Source of the DNA: PVC group bacterium (ex Bugula neritina AB1)
GTDB lineage: Bacteria; GCA-001730085
Reading direction: 5' to 3'
DNA length: 64,000 nt
Assembly: GCA_001730085.1 (NCBI GenBank)
Contig: MDLB01000108.1
Location: 9,119-73,118 of the forward strand
The notes under the pieces are model-generated. The model ran no database searches and was not told the DNA's origin. It saw only the letters and a program-made list of their open reading frames with translations. Made by a program: the position numbers and the translations under genes. This document shows, piece by piece, positions 1-9,474 of this stretch; position 1 is the first letter of the stretch; the number at the start of each line of letters is the position of its first letter.

Positions 1-2
1 TT

Positions 3-602
3 TTAAAGACCAGGTCTTTTTCTGTGTTTTTTTTCTTTTGATATCTTCCTTTTCTGAGAGTAAAAGTTCTTGAAAGGAAGTTGCGAAGAAAAATAAATAG
101 GTTTTGATTCATTAGGATTTGATTTTTGAGAGGAGCGACTCTTTTTGAAAGATAGAAAGAAAAAAATAGCGAGCATTATTATGGCTAAAACTATAACAAG
201 AAAAGTGAAAAAATACTTTACAATAGGGTTTCGGATTTTATGTATCTCTCCTCCATCTAACCATTCCCCATGTTTTTGAATACACTTATAAATCGTGATT
301 TTTTTGTAATGACAAGGCTTTAAATGTTCAGTTTTTTTCTCTTTAGGGCAAAGGGGGCAGATGGCAGGTTTTGACAGAATCTCTTTGGATAGACGGAAGT
401 GTTTACTAGAATAATTTAAATCGTTTAGGTCTGTTGAGTTAAAACACAAAGTATCTCGTCGGAGGAGTTTTTTCAAAGATTTATGAGTTATCCATATTCC
501 ACTACAGATGTTGCATAGGTGAAAATAAACATCCTCAACTGTAGTTTTTTCCAAGGATCCTGTGCATTTGGGGCATTCTAACATGGCTATTTTGAAAGAC
601 AA
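3..602 (-). CDS. Double zinc-ribbon (zf-TFIIB-like) protein with C-terminal transmembrane helix and basic tail
   Basis: CPKC...CNICSGIW and CPLC...CIQKHGEWLDGGE match the zf-TFIIB-like repeat pattern; hydrophobic segment YFFTFLVIVLAIIMLAIFFFL; likely ATG start at 584. Confidence 0.65.
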   Translation of the reverse strand: MSFKIAMLECPKCTGSLEKTTVEDVYFHLCNICSGIWITHKSLKKLLRRDTLCFNSTDLNDLNYSSKHFRLSKEILSKPAICPLCPKEKKTEHLKPCHYKKITIYKCIQKHGEWLDGGEIHKIRNPIVKYFFTFLVIVLAIIMLAIFFFLSFKKSRSSQKSNPNESKPIYFSSQLPFKNFYSQKRKISKEKKHRKRPGL

Positions 603-685
603 AAATCATTTTTTATATTTTTAAAGCAGAACATAAAAGACTCCTTTTAGCGATTTTTAGACTATTGTAACACAGAGACATAGGT

Positions 686-2332
686 CTATCTCTCTATTTT
701 CATAGCGATGGGCATTCGTCGTCCTTTCCCAAAAGCGCAAGAACTAACTTTAAAACCGATAGGCATTTGTTTGCGTTTATGCTCGTTTTGATCGACTCTT
801 TGAAGGATCCAAAAAACAAGATCTTTGTCGAAACCCATAAGCTCGATGTCTTTATGTGATTTTTTTTCTATCAAATAAGCTGTTAAGATTGCATCGAGGA
901 TAGGATATGGAGGAAGAGTATCCTCATCTTTTTGGTTAGGTTTTAGTTCAGCAGAAGGAGGCTTAGTTAGAATATTTTGAGGGATTAAATCTTTTTCTTG
1001 ATTGATATATTTAGCAAAATCATATAGTGTGGTTTTGAAAATATCAGATATAACAGCTAGAGCGCCACACATGTCTCCATAAAGAGTACAGTAACCCATG
1101 GCTATTTCGCTTTTGTTTCCTGTCGTAATCAGTAATGTTTTGGGTTGATTAGCAAAGGCCATCAAAATGTTGCCTCGAATACGTGCTTGGATGTTTTCTT
1201 CCACAGAAGGAGCGGGGGGAGTTGAAAAAGAGCTTTTAAAAAGGTCGGAATAGGTGTCGACGAGGTTTTCTATCGAGATAGTTTTACATTCAAGAGAAAG
1301 GTTTTTTGCTAAATCATAAGAGTCTTTTGCACTTCCCTCTGATGAATATTTCGATGGCATTGTTATCCCTAAAACATTTTGAGATCCGAGGGCTTTACAT
1401 GCTAAGACCGCTGCTACCGCGGAATCGAGGCCGCCAGATAAGCCTAGAACAGCTTTTTCGTTTTTAGACTTTTCAAAGTAATCCCGAATCCCCAAGATCA
1501 AAGCTTTTTCTAAGTCTTCCATAGAGTTATTTTGGGAAAGAGAGATAACACTTTTTTGTTCTAGAGAAAAGGTTTGACTATCGACTTCAAAATTTTTTAA
1601 CTTTGATAAGAATTTTCCTCTTGCATTCATCGCAAAGCTATTTCCATCAAAAATGAGGTCATCATTAGCACCGACTTGATTAACAAGGATAAAAGGGATG
1701 TTATATTTTTTCACATACTCATGACCTAGGTTGTACCGTACCGTCGGCTTGTTAACTTCGAAAGGCGAGGCCGAGAGATTTATGATAAGTTCTGCTCCTT
1801 GAGATACGAGACTTTCTACGGGGTCAAAGGGATATAAAAACTTTGTTGTCGAAGGGGCTAAGCACCAAATGTCTTCACAAATGGTTATCCCTAGACATCT
1901 TTTTTTAAATAAAAGAGGTTTGGGTTTGTTATGTAGATAGTCGGGGGAGTTAAAGTAACGGGTTTCATCAAAAACATCGTAGCTTGGGATCAAGTATTTG
2001 TGTTGTTCAAATATACATTTTCCCTTAAAAAAAAGACGAGCGCTATTATAAAGGCCATTTCCTTTTAAAGTGGGAGTGGGTGTTCCAATAAGAATTCCTG
2101 TTTCCGGGAACTTTGTTGAGATTTTTTCCAGCTCTTTCTGAGCCGTGACGATACTATTAATAAATGAAGGGTGTTTTAGTAAATCTCGAGGGGGATAACC
2201 TGTTAGAGCGAGCTCTGAAAAGATCAGAAGGTCTGTACTCGTTGGTGCTTCTGAGATAGCCTTTTCAATCTTTAAAAGATTGTTACTGATATCTCCAACC
2301 GTGGGGTTGATTTGGGATAAGGTGATATTCAT
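686..2332 (-). CDS. nadE: Glutamine-dependent NAD+ synthetase
   Basis: N-terminal nitrilase domain (ELALTGYPP, ICEDIW), synthetase motifs LGLSGGLDS, ENIQARIRG, TGNKSE, PPSAEL; ATG at 2332 chosen over TTG at 2350. Confidence 0.95.
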   Translation of the reverse strand: MNITLSQINPTVGDISNNLLKIEKAISEAPTSTDLLIFSELALTGYPPRDLLKHPSFINSIVTAQKELEKISTKFPETGILIGTPTPTLKGNGLYNSARLFFKGKCIFEQHKYLIPSYDVFDETRYFNSPDYLHNKPKPLLFKKRCLGITICEDIWCLAPSTTKFLYPFDPVESLVSQGAELIINLSASPFEVNKPTVRYNLGHEYVKKYNIPFILVNQVGANDDLIFDGNSFAMNARGKFLSKLKNFEVDSQTFSLEQKSVISLSQNNSMEDLEKALILGIRDYFEKSKNEKAVLGLSGGLDSAVAAVLACKALGSQNVLGITMPSKYSSEGSAKDSYDLAKNLSLECKTISIENLVDTYSDLFKSSFSTPPAPSVEENIQARIRGNILMAFANQPKTLLITTGNKSEIAMGYCTLYGDMCGALAVISDIFKTTLYDFAKYINQEKDLIPQNILTKPPSAELKPNQKDEDTLPPYPILDAILTAYLIEKKSHKDIELMGFDKDLVFWILQRVDQNEHKRKQMPIGFKVSSCAFGKGRRMPIAMKIER

Positions 2333-2371
2333 ATATTCAAAACATATCAAAAGATTTTTTAATTAAAAATA

Positions 2372-2445
2372 TCGGGGTGACAGGATTTGAACCTGCGACC
2401 ACACGACCCCCAGCCGTGTGCGCTACCGGACTGCGCCACACCCCG
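2372..2445 (-). tRNA. tRNA-Pro(GGG)
   Basis: Reverse complement CGGGGTG...CACCCCGA cloverleaf, anticodon loop CT-GGG-GG, GGTTCAAATCC T arm; CCA not encoded. Confidence 0.95.
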
Positions 2446-2671
2446 TAAAATCAAAGACTTTTCAAAAATACCAACGACAGAAGAACAATGGGAAATCATA
2501 AGAATTTTACACTGTTTTTGGAACCATAATTATAAGTTCTAGGGGGTAATCGAATGGTAATATATAAGCCTATTCTATCATATTTTGATAAGATTGCACA
2601 GCAGAGCCTTATCTCAAAACCCTAAGCGAGACCTTGCAATAGTTTACTGTTTTGTAACAAAATTTATGTTT

Positions 2672-3679
2672 TTAGAGTAAAAACTCTTGTTTTTGAGGTC
2701 TATGAAGTAAATCTGCTAAAGCTTGCTTCGAGGGCTTGTTTTCAAAAAGGATATTGTAAATCTCTTGGATAATCGGTGCTTCGATTTTGTGTTTCTTTAT
2801 AAGAGAGTGTGCACTGTGTGAGGTTTTTACCCCTTCGGCGACCATGTGCATAGAGTCTATGATTTCTTTAAGGTTCATACCTTTTCCTAGTTTGCGCCCA
2901 ACATAAAGGTTTCGACTATGCTCGCTTGTACATGTTGTGATCAAGTCACCCATTCCTGAAAGACCTGAAAAAGTTTCAGTAGAGGCCCCCAAGGCTTGGC
3001 CTATATTTTTAATATCAGAAAGTCCTCTTGTCATGAGAGCTGCTTTGCTATTTGCTCCTAAATTCAGACCGTCCGCAATGCCTGCTGCGATCGCGATGGT
3101 GTTTTTTAAAGCGCCGCCCAGTTCAACGCCGATAATATCAGTGCTAGTATACAGCCTAAAAGTGTCGGTGTTAAAAAGGGATTGAACTTCTTCGCTCAAG
3201 GAGATATCAGAAGAGGCAATTACTGCCGCAGAAGGGATGCCTTTGGCAACTTCTTCTGCGTGTGTTGGACCAGAAAGACATGTTACTTTTTGATGAGAAC
3301 CTGTTTCTTCTAGTATGATTTCGGACATTCTACATAAAGATTCTTGTTCGATGCCCTTTATGGCACTAACCCATAATAACGGAGAGGCAGGTAAGTATGG
3401 GGAAAGCTTTTGTAAGAAAGATCTTAAAACATGAGAAGGAATAACGAGGAGGTGTATGTTGGTCTGTCCCAAAGCTTCAGATATATCAGATGTTACAGTA
3501 ATGGATGAAGGGAGAGGGTGTCCAGGTAGAAAAAGTTTATTTTCTCTTTCGGAAGCTATTTGTGAAGCTTCTTTTGGACAATGTGTCCATAGAGAAACTT
3601 TGTGATTTTTATTAGCTAAAAGAATGGCTAAGGTTGTTCCCCAGCTACCTCCACCCCAAACAGTGATAGATTTTTTCAT
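2672..3679 (-). CDS. gpsA: NAD(P)H-dependent glycerol-3-phosphate dehydrogenase
   Basis: GGGSWGT Rossmann motif, LSGPTHAEEV, GGALKN, GMGDLITTC, SRN. Confidence 0.96.
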   Translation of the reverse strand: MKKSITVWGGGSWGTTLAILLANKNHKVSLWTHCPKEASQIASERENKLFLPGHPLPSSITVTSDISEALGQTNIHLLVIPSHVLRSFLQKLSPYLPASPLLWVSAIKGIEQESLCRMSEIILEETGSHQKVTCLSGPTHAEEVAKGIPSAAVIASSDISLSEEVQSLFNTDTFRLYTSTDIIGVELGGALKNTIAIAAGIADGLNLGANSKAALMTRGLSDIKNIGQALGASTETFSGLSGMGDLITTCTSEHSRNLYVGRKLGKGMNLKEIIDSMHMVAEGVKTSHSAHSLIKKHKIEAPIIQEIYNILFENKPSKQALADLLHRPQKQEFLL

Positions 3680-3885
3680 GTGTTTTTCTCCTATTTTGAA
3701 ACCCCTTAGATATCAAGATGTTTGCAAAGTGCATCACATGTTATAGGGGGATCTTTTTGAATAGTGAAACCGATCTGTACTTTTAAAATTATTGAATTTT
3801 ATTCAATAAAACGGTTTACAATGATTTTTTTTGTTTTGGCAACCCTTAAAGTCAGAGGGTTTTGAAACAGTTTAAAGGTTTCAAT

Positions 3886-4476
3886 TTATAAACGCCACTT
3901 ATTCTCCTCTTTAAGAAGCAGTCTTTTTATATTTTTTTTGTGCTTAAGCATTGTTATGGTTGCGATAACAATAGAGGCTATAAAAATAGATTTAGGAGAT
4001 TTTAAAAGGTAAACCCAGATAGGAAAACCGATAGCTGCAAGGATAGATCCTAAAGAAATATAACGGGTAAAAAAGACAGTGATCAAAAAAATTGCGAAGC
4101 TAAATGCGACTCCCAGAGGAGAAAGTACTATAAATGCGCCCAAGCTTGTGGCAACACCTTTGCCTCCTTTAAATTTTAAAAATGGGCTCCAGATATGTCC
4201 AATAATGGCAAGAGAACCACAAATGGCTTGCTCCGTTACCAAAGGAAGTTGAGATGAGTGAAAAACTTTAGCTAGTAAAAGGCACGGTACTGCTCCTTTG
4301 AGAGTATCTAAAAAAAGAACAATGAGTCCGTATTGATAGCCTAAAACACGATGAATATTTGTTGCACCAATATTGCCACTCCCTTTGGTTTGGATATCAA
4401 TATTCTTAAGTCTTCCAATAATGTATCCAAAGGGAATCGAGCCTAAAATGAAGCTAAAAAAGAAACTTTTTAACAT
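3886..4476 (-). CDS. plsY: Acyl-phosphate:glycerol-3-phosphate acyltransferase
   Basis: GSIPFG, GSGNIGATN, FKGGKGVAT, H..NI.RL motifs; hydrophobic. Confidence 0.95.
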   Translation of the reverse strand: MLKSFFFSFILGSIPFGYIIGRLKNIDIQTKGSGNIGATNIHRVLGYQYGLIVLFLDTLKGAVPCLLLAKVFHSSQLPLVTEQAICGSLAIIGHIWSPFLKFKGGKGVATSLGAFIVLSPLGVAFSFAIFLITVFFTRYISLGSILAAIGFPIWVYLLKSPKSIFIASIVIATITMLKHKKNIKRLLLKEENKWRL

Positions 4477-4489
4477 GAAGATTTTTTCC

Positions 4490-5806
4490 TCACTTTTTAT
4501 CTTGGATATTTAAACGGATAGGTGTTCCGGTGAAGCCAAATGCGAGCCTGAGTTTATTTTTTATCAAGTTGAGGTAAGACGCATCAAGAAGCTCTTTGTT
4601 ATTAACTGATATTTGAAAAGTTGGAGGCAAGCGGTCCACTTGGGATATATAATAAAACTTCACCAAGCTACCTCTACGTCTTGGAGGAGGTGTGGCTTTA
4701 ACGATTTTCTGAAAAAAGCGATTTAAAATACCGGTTGAAATTCTTTGGTGTTGCTCTTTGTCTAGGAAGCTGATCAAATCTAGGATTTTACCTGTATTTT
4801 TACCTTCCGTTGCCGAAATAAATAGGTTGGGAATATGTTTGTAAGGTTTGAGTTTGTAAGCTTGATCTAACATATAATCTTTTTGATGAATCCCAGAGAA
4901 CATGTCCCACTTGTTTACAATCAAGGCACAAGCTTTTCCGGCATCGTCAATCATGCGTATGATTTTAAGGTCTTGGGTAGAAATCCCATCATTCGCATCT
5001 ATCATAACCATTGCTATGTCACATCTTTCTAAGCTTTTCTGTGTCCTTGTAGCACTAAAAAACTCGATACTTTCCTTAATTTTTTTATTATAACGTAATC
5101 CTGCGGTGTCAATAAAAGTGTAAATGTGTCCATTATATTTCACCTGAACATCGATAGAGTCTCGGGTTGTACCAGACTTTTCAGATACGATAACCCGTTC
5201 CGAGTTGGATAGTTTGTTGATTAGAGAAGATTTGCCAACGTTTGGGCGACCCAAAATAGCGATCGTATGCTTTACTGAAGGTGCGGAAACTTTACCGGGT
5301 TCACAATCTTTTAGGATAGAGTCAACGAGGACTGTGAGACCTAAATTTTGTTTAGCAGAGATACCTACCGTTTTTTGATAGCCTAATTCAAAAAAGTCAG
5401 CTATATGAGCCATGTGATCGTCGGAGTCTAATTTATTAACGGCAACGACACAAGGTTTTCCCTGATTCCTTATTAGGTTGGCGATGACATGGTCTAAAGG
5501 ATGAATCCCACTTTTACCGTCAACAACAAAGAAAAAGCCTTGGCACTGATCTAGGGCTAAGTGAACTTGTGTTTCAATATCTTTTTGAAAGATATTTTGA
5601 TCGTTAAAAGATAATCCGCCAGTATCAATTAGTCCAAAGCTTTGTGAGAATCTTTCAACCACTGTATAAATACGGTCACGGGTGACACCTTCTGTGGAAT
5701 CAACAATAGAAAGTTGCTTACCAAGAAGGCGATTAAACAAAGAGGATTTTCCTACATTAGGTCTCCCTATTATAGCTATAGTTGGGAGTTTTTTTTTCGC
5801 AGACAT
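4490..5806 (-). CDS. der: Ribosome biogenesis GTPase Der (EngA)
   Basis: Two tandem G domains (GRPNVGKS twice, DTGG/DTAG, NKLD/NKWD), C-terminal KH-like GFTGTPI; start at ATG 5806. Confidence 0.96.
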   Translation of the reverse strand: MSAKKKLPTIAIIGRPNVGKSSLFNRLLGKQLSIVDSTEGVTRDRIYTVVERFSQSFGLIDTGGLSFNDQNIFQKDIETQVHLALDQCQGFFFVVDGKSGIHPLDHVIANLIRNQGKPCVVAVNKLDSDDHMAHIADFFELGYQKTVGISAKQNLGLTVLVDSILKDCEPGKVSAPSVKHTIAILGRPNVGKSSLINKLSNSERVIVSEKSGTTRDSIDVQVKYNGHIYTFIDTAGLRYNKKIKESIEFFSATRTQKSLERCDIAMVMIDANDGISTQDLKIIRMIDDAGKACALIVNKWDMFSGIHQKDYMLDQAYKLKPYKHIPNLFISATEGKNTGKILDLISFLDKEQHQRISTGILNRFFQKIVKATPPPRRRGSLVKFYYISQVDRLPPTFQISVNNKELLDASYLNLIKNKLRLAFGFTGTPIRLNIQDKK

Positions 5807-5822
5807 ATCATGAGGTTCTTTA

Positions 5823-6494
5823 TCATTTGACAATTCTAAATTTGTGCAGGGGCCAATAAACAAGGAGAACTTTCCCGTGAACCATATGTTTGGGGATATA
5901 ACCCCAGTAACGGCTATCGCTACTGTTTGGGCTATTGTCTCCTAGTACAAAATAGGAATCTTTGGGAACAAAGAAGGTTTGGCCATCTAGACCTAAACCT
6001 TGAAAATAACGCTGATAAGCTCCTTGTCTCGTGTCGTAGTGGATATGGTTGCCTTTGACATAAGATCGCATATGGGAAATCATGTTGTAGTAATAAACAT
6101 CTAAAGCTGGGTTTTTAAATAGCGTGTCATTAATCCATACCTGACCATTTTTGATAAAAATTTTGTCCCCAGGAAGGCCCACGAGGCGTTTAACAAATTC
6201 TTTTTTAGGGTCGGAAGGTGATTTAAAAATGATCACTTCGCCGCGTTTGGGTTCTCGGAAACGAAAGTTGAACTTTGTTGCTAAAAGTCTGTTCCCGATT
6301 TTGAGAGTTGGAACCATAGAGGGAGAAGGGATTTTGAAAGCTTGAATAAGAAAAGTTTTTATAAACATCGCACAAATGAAGGCGACTAAAATAGACTCAG
6401 CAGTTTCAACGTATTTAGCTTTTTTTGAAAAAAACAGAACGACCAAAGATATGGCTAATAAAAACGCAATGCAAGCGTAAAAAGTTGGTGACAT
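5823..6494 (-). CDS. lepB: Signal peptidase I
   Basis: IPSPSMVPTL (Ser), FVKRLVGLPGD (Lys), GDNSPNSSDSRYWG; downstream of lepA. Confidence 0.95.
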   Translation of the reverse strand: MSPTFYACIAFLLAISLVVLFFSKKAKYVETAESILVAFICAMFIKTFLIQAFKIPSPSMVPTLKIGNRLLATKFNFRFREPKRGEVIIFKSPSDPKKEFVKRLVGLPGDKIFIKNGQVWINDTLFKNPALDVYYYNMISHMRSYVKGNHIHYDTRQGAYQRYFQGLGLDGQTFFVPKDSYFVLGDNSPNSSDSRYWGYIPKHMVHGKVLLVYWPLHKFRIVK

Positions 6495-6509
6495 TTTTTG
6501 ATTCCTTTA

Positions 6510-8306
6510 TCAGTCTAGTTTTAAAACAGCGAGAAAAGCATCTTGAGGGATGTCTATATTGGCGACTTGCTTCATCCTCTTTTTTCCCTCTTTTTGTTTT
6601 TCTAAAAGTTTACGTTTACGTGAAATATCTCCTCCATAACACTTGGCTGTTACGTTTTTTCGGATAGCTCTGATCTGTGTTTTAGCAACAATTTTTCCTC
6701 CAATAGCAGCTTGAATGACAATTTCAAAAAGCTGGCGAGGGATCAGTTCTTTTAGTTTTTCAATAAGTTTTCGGCCTTTTTCTGTAGCCTTGTCATTACT
6801 CACAATGATCGAAAGAGGGTCTACACTTTCTCCATTGACCAATATACGTAGTTTCACTAATGGACCAGGTCTGTAGTCCATAAACTCGTAATCGAAAGAT
6901 GCATACCCACGGGTGACTGACTTAAGTTTATCATAAAAGTCATTTACGACTTCTGCTAAAGGGAGTTCGTATTTTAAAATGACACGTTTTTCATCTAAAT
7001 ATTCCGTGCTTTCATAAATCCCGCGACGGTCTTTAATGAGAGTCATGATTCCTCCGATATATTCTGAGGGAACGATGATCATTGCTTTCACGTAAGGTTC
7101 TGAAACATGATCCATTTCATGAGGTTCAGGCATTTCAGAAGGACTGTTCACAAGGATTTCTTCTTGAGAGTTGAGGCATGCTAAATAAGGAACATTAGGC
7201 GTTGTCGTGATGACATTTAGATCGAATTCTCGCTCTATCCTTTCTTGAATAATTTCCATATGTAAAAGACCTAAAAACCCACACCGAAAGCCAAATCCAA
7301 TCGCAGAAGATGTTTCCGGTTCATAAAAAATTGAGGCATCATTGAGTTTGAGTTTGTCCAATGCCTCTCTTAAAAGACTGTAGTCGGCAGAAGATACAGG
7401 GTAAAGTCCGCAGTAAACCATCGGTTTAGCTTCTTTGTATCCAGGCAAAGCGACCTCTGCTGGTTTTTTAGATAGAGTGATAGTGTCTCCAATGCGAACA
7501 TCTGAAACTTCTTTAATGTTAGCAACAATGTACCCAACATCTCCTGTAGATAGTTTGTCCTTAGGACAATATGTGGGTGTGAAAATCCCAACTTCGAGTG
7601 CTGTGTACTCTCTGCGTTGTCCCATCATTAAAAAAGGGAGGTTCTTTTCTAAAGTACCTTCAAAAATCCTTACAAAAATGATGATGCCGCGATAAGTGTC
7701 GTAGACCGAGTCAAAAATAAGAGCTTTTAGCGGGGCAGAGGGGTCTCCTTCGGGGGCAGGAATCCTTTCCACGATACTTGTGAGGATATCTTCGATCCCT
7801 ATCCCAGATTTTGCACTAGCTAAAATGGCTTCTTCTTTTGGGATTGCAAGGATCTCTTCTAGCTCTTTCTTTACCCTTTCGGTATTTGAACTTTGGAGGT
7901 CAACTTTGTTGATCACAGGGATAAGGGTTAAGTCTTGCTCTGTTGCAAGGTACACATTGGCAACGGTTTGAGCTTCGATGCCTTGAGTAGCATCTACAAC
8001 CAATAAAGCGCCATCGCAAGAAGAAAGACTACGTGAAACTTCATAAGCGAAGTCAACGTGTCCAGGGGTATCAATCATGTTAAGCTGATAAGTCTCGCCG
8101 TCTGAGTGTTTATAGAGCATGCGGACGGCTCTAGCTTTAATGGTGATTCCTTTTTCTCGCTCCAAATCCATGTCATCAAGGAGTTGAGCTTTCATATCTC
8201 TTTCGGAAACAAGTTTTGTTGTTTCCATTAATCTGTCTGCGAGAGTTGATTTGCCATGATCTATATGAGCGATAATGCAAAAGTTTCTAATATGTTTTTG
8301 TTTCAT
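6510..8306 (-). CDS. lepA: Elongation factor 4
   Basis: [55 protein letters not shown]; likely start ATG 8306 (598 aa). Confidence 0.98.
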   Translation of the reverse strand: MKQKHIRNFCIIAHIDHGKSTLADRLMETTKLVSERDMKAQLLDDMDLEREKGITIKARAVRMLYKHSDGETYQLNMIDTPGHVDFAYEVSRSLSSCDGALLVVDATQGIEAQTVANVYLATEQDLTLIPVINKVDLQSSNTERVKKELEEILAIPKEEAILASAKSGIGIEDILTSIVERIPAPEGDPSAPLKALIFDSVYDTYRGIIIFVRIFEGTLEKNLPFLMMGQRREYTALEVGIFTPTYCPKDKLSTGDVGYIVANIKEVSDVRIGDTITLSKKPAEVALPGYKEAKPMVYCGLYPVSSADYSLLREALDKLKLNDASIFYEPETSSAIGFGFRCGFLGLLHMEIIQERIEREFDLNVITTTPNVPYLACLNSQEEILVNSPSEMPEPHEMDHVSEPYVKAMIIVPSEYIGGIMTLIKDRRGIYESTEYLDEKRVILKYELPLAEVVNDFYDKLKSVTRGYASFDYEFMDYRPGPLVKLRILVNGESVDPLSIIVSNDKATEKGRKLIEKLKELIPRQLFEIVIQAAIGGKIVAKTQIRAIRKNVTAKCYGGDISRKRKLLEKQKEGKKRMKQVANIDIPQDAFLAVLKLD

Positions 8307-8586
8307 TGGCGTAAGTCGACTTTGTCCTTTTTGTGTATCAGATAGAGATTGATATGAAAACTTGGGGTGCCACTTTGAAAGAGTTTTACTATTCTCCCAT
8401 AGAATAAAGTATTGGCAATTTATAACAAAATGATTATAGCAGTTTACCATATTTGAGAGAGCTATGTACAATCTCAAGTATCTCTTTAAAAAGATATGTC
8501 TAAAATAATGAGATTTCTAAAGCTACTTTTCTTAACTTCGTTTAGATGTTTTTGTTTAAAGGAGGTTGCGAGAGGGATTTTATATG

Positions 8587-8719
8587 AAGAGTGATATGCT
8601 CCCTCCACTAAATAGCTAAAACTGTTATATTGGGGACTTCTTTCGACCTAGCTACCTTTATGAGGCAACCCTTTCGCCTTAGACCCTACGCTGATAGGTA
8701 TTTCTAAGGAGGAACTCTT
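8587..8719 (-). ncRNA. Candidate structured RNA (unassigned family) in the lepA/tmk divergent intergenic region
   Basis: Locally GC-richer stretch with nested helices on the minus strand: AAGAGU/ACUCUU, UCCUCC/GGAGGG, CCUAU/GUAGG, AGGCGA/UUGCCU, GGUAGCUAGG/UUUAGCUAUU, and a UC-GAAA-GA loop. Confidence 0.35.
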
Positions 8720-8859
8720 TACAAATTTGAAAAAATCTCAATTTTTGCAATGATTTTTATGTTTTCAGGCTAAATATATGTTAAAATTTTTCATTTGTTA
8801 TTTTTTATAAAAAATGTTTTTTTTTGCCATTTACAAGGGTATTCCTGGAGGGGTCGAGT

Positions 8860-9474
8860 ATGAGCGGTTATTTTTTTTCCTTTGAGGGTATTGATGGCTC
8901 GGGGAAAACGACACAGGCAAATCTTTTAATGGAGCATTTGTCAAAAAGTGGCTACGAAACGCTTTTGACGCGAGAGCCGGGAGGGACCCCTGTTGGTGAA
9001 AAAATACGTAAAATATTGCTTGAAAATAACTGTCATGCAATGAATATAACAACAGAGTTACTTTTACTTGTTGCCTCGAGAGTTCAACATATTCAAGATG
9101 TGATTCAGCCTGCATTGGAAGCCGATCAGATAGTATTGATCGATCGTTTTTCCGATGCGACACGTGCCTATCAAGGGTATGGAGGTGGATGCAGTTTGGA
9201 GAGTATCGAACAAATATTAAAACTGAGTGGATGTTGTTTAGAACCCAATCTCACATTTATCTTAGATATTCCTGTTGAGAAGAGCTTCCAAAGACTTTTT
9301 GAGAGTAAAGATCGCTTTGAGAATAAAAAGTCTTCTTATTTTGAGAAAGTTAGAGAGGGTTATCTTGACCTTGCGAAGAAATATCCCAATAGAGTGAAGG
9401 TTATCAACGCAGAAGATTCGCTTCAAGACGTTTTTGAAAAAGTAAAGGGATACGTGGATGAGTTCATTGCATGA
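8860..9474 (+). CDS. tmk: Thymidylate kinase
   Basis: FEGIDGSGKTT, TREPGGT, DRF, AYQG; SD GGAGG before ATG 8860. Confidence 0.96.
   Translation: MSGYFFSFEGIDGSGKTTQANLLMEHLSKSGYETLLTREPGGTPVGEKIRKILLENNCHAMNITTELLLLVASRVQHIQDVIQPALEADQIVLIDRFSDATRAYQGYGGGCSLESIEQILKLSGCCLEPNLTFILDIPVEKSFQRLFESKDRFENKKSSYFEKVREGYLDLAKKYPNRVKVINAEDSLQDVFEKVKGYVDEFIA

Noticed and set aside
3838-3866. Hairpin AACCCTT/GAGGGTT as plsY terminator
   Set aside because: On the coding (minus) strand it is followed by an A-rich, not U-rich, tract; function unsupported
8307-8477. 57-aa N-terminal extension of LepA
   Set aside because: Artefact of longest-ORF calling; the conserved protein starts at ATG 8306
8620-8700. 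c-di-GMP-I riboswitch, SRP RNA or twister ribozyme call for the structured element
   Set aside because: Only fragments resemble them (GGUCUAAG and GGUUGCC; AGGUC-GAAA-GAAG; AGUGGAGGG); the required partner motifs and order are missing
8310-8859. Replication origin at the strand switch
   Set aside because: No cluster of DnaA boxes seen, and the plus strand looks G/T-rich on both sides
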